A DNA stretch of 14,360 nt from Bacteriovoracaceae bacterium (GTDB lineage Bacteria; Bdellovibrionota; Bacteriovoracia; Bacteriovoracales; Bacteriovoracaceae), in NCBI GenBank assembly GCA_049599895.1, contig JBMYPC010000081.1, positions 1-14,360 on the forward strand. The letters run 5' to 3'. Each line of letters begins with the position of its first letter. Position 1 is the stretch's first letter. The notes below the pieces were generated by a model. It was not told where the DNA came from and searched no databases. It saw only the letters and a list, made by a program, of their open reading frames with translations. Below are positions 1-5,737 of the stretch, in pieces. The position numbers and the translations under genes are program-made.

Positions 1-1140
1 AATTTTAACTTTTTGCGCCCCAGTTTCATCCAGATTTCCAAAAGGAATGTCGAGTCTTAGGCCAACTTCAAATCCAGCACGGTTTTCTTTAAAGGATTCA
101 TCAAGAGCGTCTTGAGCTCTTGGTTCAACACCATTAGTATTAAAGACTGATGTGAGTTTAAGATCAACATCATCGTATCTTTTACTGACTTTGATTTGCT
201 CGTTATAGAACTTTTCAAGGCTTTGGTTGATTTCATCATATGAAGAGAATTCAAAGGGTGTCTCTTCAAGAGTCTTAAGATAGCTCACGCACTGAAGAAC
301 GGTGCCTATTGTTTTATCAAAGCTGGGTTTATTAATAACGAATGTCATTCCGTTAAAGCTAGGAATCATATCTCTTAATCTCTGAAAGAGTTGTTCTTTT
401 TCAAATTGAAGAATGTTGATTTGATTTTTTCTTGAAGAAACCTGAGCTTTATATCTTGCAACCTCTCCTTTATCCGAGACAGAACTTCGCAGTCTTTGGA
501 TTGCTTGATCTCTTTGTTTTTCAGCTGTTTTTAATAATTCGCCGGCAATATCAAGGGAATGTTCTTTAGCAATGATTTGCCAATAAATGATTCTGAGCGA
601 ATTAAGAAAAACCTGTTTTTGAACTTGATTAGAGAGTTTTGTTGTTTCGACAGAATACTTAAGCCCCTTTTTTTGAGAAGCCTCAAGCCGTCCAAAAATA
701 TTCTTCCAAAGATCAAGGTTGATTCTAACCTGTGCCCCTGCAATGCTATTAATTGTGTCGACCCCACTAAACTCGTACTCTCTTTTATCTGTATAGACCT
801 GAGAGCTTAACTCAATCCCTTTACTGGTTTTCTTAGCTAAGCCTACAGAGAAAGCTTTCCTGGGTGAGTAGATCGGCTGAAATGAAATAAAGGGCTCTTC
901 ATAGGTTTTAGCATAGAGGGATTCCGCTTGCGCTCTTATGCTATATTGATCATCAAATTCACCAAGTCTCGCTTTCGTTTCAGTGAGGTTGGCCTCAAGT
1001 TGAATGAGGTCTGGAGCTTCGGAATTGACAACAATGGACTTCAAGAGTTCTTCGTTAAGATTGAGGACTTCATTGGCAAAAGTGGCTTCAACACCAAAGG
1101 CGATAAATGCCCAAAGTAGTCCCTTTTTAATACTAGTCAT
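1..1140 (-). CDS. TolC-family outer membrane efflux protein (partial, 3' end runs off the window)
   Basis: Translated by hand: open for 380 codons from ATG at 1140 to the window edge (MTSIKKGLLWAFIAFGVEATFANEVLNLNEELLK...). GGAG RBS 6 nt upstream. Signal peptide, then alternating beta segments and long helices typical of OEP repeats: 'GAQVRINLDLWKNIFGR', 'LRIIYWQIIAKEHSLDIAGELLKTAEKQRDQAIQRLRSSVSDKGEVARYKAQ', 'AGFEVGLRLDIPFG'. Confidence 0.8.
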   Translation of the reverse strand, partial: MTSIKKGLLWAFIAFGVEATFANEVLNLNEELLKSIVVNSEAPDLIQLEANLTETKARLGEFDDQYSIRAQAESLYAKTYEEPFISFQPIYSPRKAFSVGLAKKTSKGIELSSQVYTDKREYEFSGVDTINSIAGAQVRINLDLWKNIFGRLEASQKKGLKYSVETTKLSNQVQKQVFLNSLRIIYWQIIAKEHSLDIAGELLKTAEKQRDQAIQRLRSSVSDKGEVARYKAQVSSRKNQINILQFEKEQLFQRLRDMIPSFNGMTFVINKPSFDKTIGTVLQCVSYLKTLEETPFEFSSYDEINQSLEKFYNEQIKVSKRYDDVDLKLTSVFNTNGVEPRAQDALDESFKENRAGFEVGLRLDIPFGNLDETGAQKVKI

Positions 1141-1156
1141 GAAATACTCCAGTTTA

Positions 1157-1227
1157 AAACAAGTGTTTAATACAAATGTTTAATTGAAACGACCGTTCAG
1201 GTCAACGCCATTTTTAAACACTTGCTT
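1157..1227. promoter_or_regulatory. Array of four AAAC-N4-GTTT-like palindromes (putative TetR-type operators) overlapping a candidate minus-strand promoter for the TolC-like gene
   Basis: AAACAAGTGTTT (1157-1168), ATACAAATGTTT (1170-1181), AAACGACCGTTC (1187-1198), AAACACTTGCTT (1216-1227). On the minus strand TTGACC (1205-1200), 17 nt spacer, TAAACA (1182-1177; weak -10). Confidence 0.55.
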
Positions 1228-1306
1228 GAAACTTAGTGAAATTGGGCATTTGATGACTAATTTTCTTTGATTTGTCTAAGAGATAAGTACCTGTACTTAA
1301 TTAGTT

Positions 1307-1889
1307 CTAATCGAGAGAGATGCTTTTTTGGAAAGTGTAGCTGAAGCCAGCGGCAACATAGCTCGTTCTTTGAATCTCTTCACTACTAAATTCTCCAGCG
1401 CTTAAAAAGTATCTGAAGTTTCCTGGAGCGAAGAAATTGGGAAAGCTTGCGTCTTTATAAGCAATAAAGATGGCCCTGATTCGATGAATTCCACCATTTT
1501 TTTCAACGATTGATTTTTTGATCTCCGTACCGATGGAAAGAGAAGCAAGGTTCACTCCAAGAAGAAGCCTTTCGGTTTTAACCGTATCGTTGTTTCGATC
1601 AAGAGCTGAGCCAATGTCGGGATAAATAAAGTTTTTGCTGCTATTTTTAGTTGAAACCTTGTCTTTACCCTCTTCAAGCTTTCCAAATACCGGTCCAATA
1701 CCCGTACCAAGGAACGTCTTTGTGATCGCCCCAGATTAAAAGACCTTTACCGGCTTCAACTTCAACCCCTCCTGCCACTGGCTTATTTCGATAGAGACTG
1801 AGGAGGCTTAGATCGTAAGCTGCAGATGAGTTGAGAGCAGAGAGTGAAATAATGAGAGAAACAATGGTCTTCAAATGTATACGGCTCAT
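1307..1889 (-). pseudogene. Frame-disrupted gene for an exported, beta-strand-rich (outer-membrane-like) hypothetical protein
   Basis: The 5' frame from ATG 1889 (MSRIHLKTIVSLIISLSALNSSAAYDL...LLIWGDHKDVPWYGY) has a signal peptide and stops at TGA 1676-1674. A second frame, open from 1735 to TAG 1309-1307 (…GIGPVFGKLEEGKDKVSTKNSSKNFIYPDIGSALDRNNDTVKTERLLLGVN…YVAAGFSYTFQKSISLD), overlaps it and has no ATG. The two ORF-track entries 1674..1949 and 1307..1555 look like halves of one gene. Confidence 0.65.
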
Positions 1890-1890
1890 A

Positions 1891-1941
1891 GTCAAAACCT
1901 TCAGGGAAGTTTTTGACAATACTACTAGAATTAGTGAGAAT
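1891..1941 (+). promoter_or_regulatory. Sigma70-type promoter candidate for gpmA, with the -35 embedded in an inverted repeat
   Basis: TTGACA (1913-1918), 17 nt spacer, GAGAAT (1936-1941). Inverted repeat GTCAAAA-C-CTTC-AGG-GAAG-T-TTTTGAC at 1891-1917. Confidence 0.5.
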
Positions 1942-1987
1942 CCGTACACTTAATGTATGAACTCATTTGAGATACGGAGCTAAACTC

Positions 1988-2671
1988 ATGAAAACTTATG
2001 AAATTGTTGTTGTTCGTCATGGCCAATCAGTATGGAATAAAGAAAACCGATTTACTGGTTGGGTGAATGTTAATCTTTCAGAACAAGGGTTGAGTGAGGC
2101 CAAAGCTGCAGGCGAGCTTTTAAAGAAAAACAATATCTCTTTTACAAAGATGCACACTTCTTATTTAAACCGGGCCATCAAGACTGGTTGGACAATCTTA
2201 GAAGAGTTAGGACTCATGAGTATTCCGGTTCAAAAATCATGGGAACTTAATGAAAGACATTACGGTGGTCTCCAAGGAAAAAATAAAAAAGAGACTGCAG
2301 AGATTCACGGTGACGACCAAGTGAAAATTTGGCGAAGATCATTTGATACTCCTCCACCAGAGTTAACAGAAGAGCAAGATTTATCCCCAGCTTTTCTTTA
2401 TGAAAAACTTGAAACGATTCCTAAGAGCGAAAGCTTAAAAGATACATGCCAAAGAGTGATTCCTTTTTGGAATGATGTGATTGCAAAAGATGTTCTTGCC
2501 GGAGAGAAAATTCTTATCGCAGCTCACGGAAATAGTATTCGAGGTCTTCTTAAGCATCTTAAGAATATTTCAGATGAAGAGATCGTAAAGCTTGAAATCC
2601 CAACAGGTAAGCCTATTGTTGTAAAGTTAGATGAAAACCTTAAGGCTGTGGAAGATTTCTTTCTTTCGTAA
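1988..2671 (+). CDS. gpmA: 2,3-bisphosphoglycerate-dependent phosphoglycerate mutase
   Basis: RHGQSVWNKENRFTGW, TSYLNRAIKT, LNERHYGGLQGKNK, QVKIWRRSFD, ESLKDT, AAHGNSIR and EIPTG motifs. Start placed at ATG 1988 because GGAG lies at 1976-1979; 227 aa. Confidence 0.96.
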   Translation: MKTYEIVVVRHGQSVWNKENRFTGWVNVNLSEQGLSEAKAAGELLKKNNISFTKMHTSYLNRAIKTGWTILEELGLMSIPVQKSWELNERHYGGLQGKNKKETAEIHGDDQVKIWRRSFDTPPPELTEEQDLSPAFLYEKLETIPKSESLKDTCQRVIPFWNDVIAKDVLAGEKILIAAHGNSIRGLLKHLKNISDEEIVKLEIPTGKPIVVKLDENLKAVEDFFLS

Positions 2672-2680
2672 ACCAGACTT

Positions 2681-3970
2681 TTAAGACTCAAGCTCTTTAA
2701 TTGCTTTTAAGTATTGTTCCATACAGTCTTTTTCATTAAGGAATTGGATTTCTCTATTCCACAGAACCCATTTGCCATTGATCATACTGTGTAAAACATC
2801 TGAGTTTGAAAGAGAAAAGATTATGTGAGACCAGATATCTTTAATTGGTTGGTTAATGATGTTCTTTTCAATAAAGATAAGATCGGCAAAGTTATTATTC
2901 TTTATAGATCCTATGCGCGAATCAAAAACCTGAGAAGGATTTTGAGTCATCGAGAAAAAGACTTTTTGGTAAAGATCATCATCGTCGACCCCTCGATCTT
3001 TTAAAAGAAGAGAAAGTATTTTTGCTTCTTGTAAAAGATCTGCTTGGTCATTTGAAGCGGCACAGTCTGTGGCCAGAGTTAAAGGAATTTGATTTTTATA
3101 AAACCTCTCTATAGGTGCAAGCTTTTCATAAATAATTTGTGAGCTTGGACAAGTTGTAATAGTTGTTCCTGAATCTTTTAAAATTTTAAGATCATCATCA
3201 TTTACGTGAAGAAGATGAACTGCTTGAGACCGATCTCCAAGCCAGCCCCTTTTGAGGGCCTTTTGAGTTGGGCTGCATCCATACTCTTTATGACAATAAT
3301 CCCACTCACTTTGAGTTTGTGAAAGATGAAAGTGAATAGGAAGGCCTGAAGATTTTAAAAAGTCTGAAATCTCTTTTGCATACTGATCAGATACTGTGTC
3401 AATTGCATGAGGACAGATGATAGGAGAGATTGTTTCACCTAATTGCCAATTATCGATCTCTTTTTTTACTTTTGTCAGAGTTTTATTTGATGGAAAGGCG
3501 CCAGAGAGGTCAGCAAGTGTTTCCCCAATAAAGCCCCTCATGCCAAGAATTTTTAAACAATTTCCAATTTCTTCGGAGAAGTAATAATGATCAACAAATG
3601 ATGTTGTTCCACTTTTAATTCCAGAGATAATATAGCTATAGCTTAGATCTTTTACCAATTTGGCTGTTAGCTTTGATTCCATTTTAAAGAAAATATTTTC
3701 AATCATATTCTTTTGACCATGAACAAGACCACGGAGAAAGTTCATTGGTGAATGAGTGTGGGAATTGATAAGACCTGGGAGAATAATGAAGTTTGATGCA
3801 TCAATTTCGAGGGTTTCAGATTCATTAACTTGATCACTGATGAGGTTATTATGAACGGTAAGTGTTTCATTCTCAATAAATTGATCACCTTTAAGATAAC
3901 TTGTATTCTTAAAAGAATAGCTCTTGGCCTTTGGAGGTGTTTGAGAATTAAGAGTGTGTTCAGTTTTCAT
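2681..3970 (-). CDS. Metal-dependent amidohydrolase, MtaD/TRZ-ATZ (COG0402-like) nucleoside deaminase family
   Basis: ILPGLINSHTHSPM (HxH metal motif), SGTTSFVDHY, CPHAIDT, IHFHLSQT, VHLLH, LATDCAASND, IGSIKNNNFADLI, VLHSMINGKWV. Substrate cannot be assigned from sequence alone. Confidence 0.88.
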   Translation of the reverse strand: MKTEHTLNSQTPPKAKSYSFKNTSYLKGDQFIENETLTVHNNLISDQVNESETLEIDASNFIILPGLINSHTHSPMNFLRGLVHGQKNMIENIFFKMESKLTAKLVKDLSYSYIISGIKSGTTSFVDHYYFSEEIGNCLKILGMRGFIGETLADLSGAFPSNKTLTKVKKEIDNWQLGETISPIICPHAIDTVSDQYAKEISDFLKSSGLPIHFHLSQTQSEWDYCHKEYGCSPTQKALKRGWLGDRSQAVHLLHVNDDDLKILKDSGTTITTCPSSQIIYEKLAPIERFYKNQIPLTLATDCAASNDQADLLQEAKILSLLLKDRGVDDDDLYQKVFFSMTQNPSQVFDSRIGSIKNNNFADLIFIEKNIINQPIKDIWSHIIFSLSNSDVLHSMINGKWVLWNREIQFLNEKDCMEQYLKAIKELES

Positions 3971-3981
3971 TTTAGACTCTT

Positions 3982-5664
3982 TTACTTAATAGTGAATTCA
4001 AATAAATCTGTTTCTTTAATATACGGGTTTTTATCATGAGGCTTTTTTTCAATTTTCCAGAAATACTTCCCTTTTTTGAGTCTGACTTTCATCGGAAACT
4101 CTGGATCTTTTTCAAATAAAAGAGGGTCAATGAGATTTTCCTCTCGATAGACAAGAAAGTTTACCTGATCAAGGTTTGTTGTCGCATCAAAGGTAATGGT
4201 TCTAAATCCTTTTTTGCTTTTAAACTGAGCGTAATTTGAAGGATTAAGATCTTGGGCAGCAGATTTGAGAACTTTGAGACTTTGAACCTCTGATTCAATT
4301 TTATATTTTGGTGAACTTACAGACCAATAATATTCTCCTTCCTGTTTAAAGAGAACTTGAGTTTCCTCACCAAGGGCTTGAATCTCTTTATCGAAAGAAG
4401 GGTCATTTTTTCTTTTAAGTTTTAGAATATACTCCTCATCTTTGTGAGCTTTCCAATTAAACTTAATAGACTTTCTTTTTCCTTGAATATCAAAAGATGC
4501 CAAGTGTCTTGGGGTTAGGAGTTCGATCTGATCGACTCCCCTGAAGATAAGTCTTCGCTCTTGGGAAAATGGAGCATTCTCATAATCAAAGGAAACTTTC
4601 CAAATATAAGTCCCAGGTTTTTTGATAGAGATTTGAAGAGATTTTTGACTTGAAACAATCTGTTGGTTCCATCTTTTTTGTGAACTATGACGATATGAAA
4701 AAATAAAATCTGAGAAATGAGGAGTCGACCATCTAAAGTTTACGATATTATTTTTTTTATAGTTAAAGGGGCGTTCTTCAGAAAAACGTGGAGATTCTAA
4801 TTTGGGAGGATCAGGTTCCACTAGTCTAAATGAACGAGTTTCGGAGATGGATTTTCCATTTGAATCTTTTAAGCGCCAGTAATAGATACCTGATTCGGGA
4901 AAGGTAAAGCGATGAGAATTTGCGATAGTTTTAGTCGAGACGAGTGTTTCATCAAAATCATAGGAATCAGAGACTTCGAGCTGAACCGAGTCCTCGTTGG
5001 GATTAGACCAAGTGAGGTTGATTCTCTTTGTTTTTAAAATTGAAAACTCTTGTTCGTTTTGCGGGCTCAACAGTTGATTACCTGACGTTTTCTTTATCGA
5101 AGAGTTAATGGGCCTATTTTCGACAGGGCCTTTTAATTTTGTCTTGGGCTTAACGGTTTTAAAACTTGGAATGATCGTCGCTGATTCATCTTCTGATTTT
5201 TTTGTTACTCGTAAAGACTTTTTAGGATCAAGGTTCTTTTGATCAATTTTTTTGCCGTTGATTTTGATTTTTTCGAGTTCTTGGATATTAAGGTAATCGA
5301 TTTCAAAGAAGCCAGAGTCCAAAATGAGGTTAATGTTTTGATTATTAGAGTCAGCATCAACTCGAACAAGAGTGTTGGGTGAGAGGTGGATAACGTATTG
5401 GGTTTTGTTAAACTTGATAATCGCGCTCGAGTTTTTTGAGGTAATAACTCGATCCCCATTAGAAAGCTTTTGACCGTTATAGGCATTTGACCAAGCGACT
5501 GTGCCCTTGGGTTGGACTTTTGCCTTTCCGAGAATGTTGATTATTGTGGCAACTGAGTTTTTTTCTTGGGTATTAGTGGTGATAAAGTCAGAAAAAAAAC
5601 CTAGGACGCCAGCAATCACCAGAGTGATTGAGAACCCTACGAGAAATTTATCACTTTTTTCCAT
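3982..5664 (-). CDS. Membrane-anchored FecR-domain protein with four C-terminal Ig/Fn3-like repeats
   Basis: N-terminal TM helix (FLVGFSITLVIAGVLGFF); FecR-like segment 'GKAKVQPKGTVAWSNAYNGQKLSNGDRVITSKNSSAIIKF...IHLSPNTLVRV'; four repeats containing L.SP/TP...W...G.Y.W (GIYYWRL, GTYIWKV, GEYYWSV, GKYFWKI). It ends 11 bp before the amidohydrolase start. Confidence 0.78.
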   Translation of the reverse strand: MEKSDKFLVGFSITLVIAGVLGFFSDFITTNTQEKNSVATIINILGKAKVQPKGTVAWSNAYNGQKLSNGDRVITSKNSSAIIKFNKTQYVIHLSPNTLVRVDADSNNQNINLILDSGFFEIDYLNIQELEKIKINGKKIDQKNLDPKKSLRVTKKSEDESATIIPSFKTVKPKTKLKGPVENRPINSSIKKTSGNQLLSPQNEQEFSILKTKRINLTWSNPNEDSVQLEVSDSYDFDETLVSTKTIANSHRFTFPESGIYYWRLKDSNGKSISETRSFRLVEPDPPKLESPRFSEERPFNYKKNNIVNFRWSTPHFSDFIFSYRHSSQKRWNQQIVSSQKSLQISIKKPGTYIWKVSFDYENAPFSQERRLIFRGVDQIELLTPRHLASFDIQGKRKSIKFNWKAHKDEEYILKLKRKNDPSFDKEIQALGEETQVLFKQEGEYYWSVSSPKYKIESEVQSLKVLKSAAQDLNPSNYAQFKSKKGFRTITFDATTNLDQVNFLVYREENLIDPLLFEKDPEFPMKVRLKKGKYFWKIEKKPHDKNPYIKETDLFEFTIK

Positions 5665-5687
5665 CTCAAATTAATCGTAACAGAGGT

Positions 5688-5696
5688 TGTTATAAT
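5688..5696 (+). promoter_or_regulatory. Extended -10 element (TGnTATAAT) in the 73-bp divergent intergenic region, probably driving the kinase
   Basis: TGTTATAAT at 5688-5696, about 40 nt upstream of the TTG at 5738. Confidence 0.5.
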
Positions 5697-5737
5697 TATC
5701 TAGATACCTAAAATTACAGCTAAAAGGGTAACGTTCG

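Noticed and set aside
57..1119. Short ORFs 57..269, 531..767, 559..810 and 928..1119
   Set aside because: Off-frame or antisense shadows of the long TolC-like frame 1..1140 (-).
1665..1676. TGA readthrough, selenocysteine or alternative genetic code to explain the split gene
   Set aside because: The same frame hits TAA two codons later (TGA AGA GGG TAA), so readthrough does not join the halves.
1674..1690. prfB-like programmed +1 frameshift at GCT TGA
   Set aside because: The codon before the stop is GCT, not CTT, so tRNA re-pairing in the +1 frame is implausible, and no slippery heptamer is evident.
1890..1987. Longer starts given by the ORF track (1949 on -, 1967 on +)
   Set aside because: ATG 1889 gives a clean signal peptide and ATG 1988 has a GGAG RBS and matches the normal GpmA N-terminus; the longer starts would consume the promoter region.
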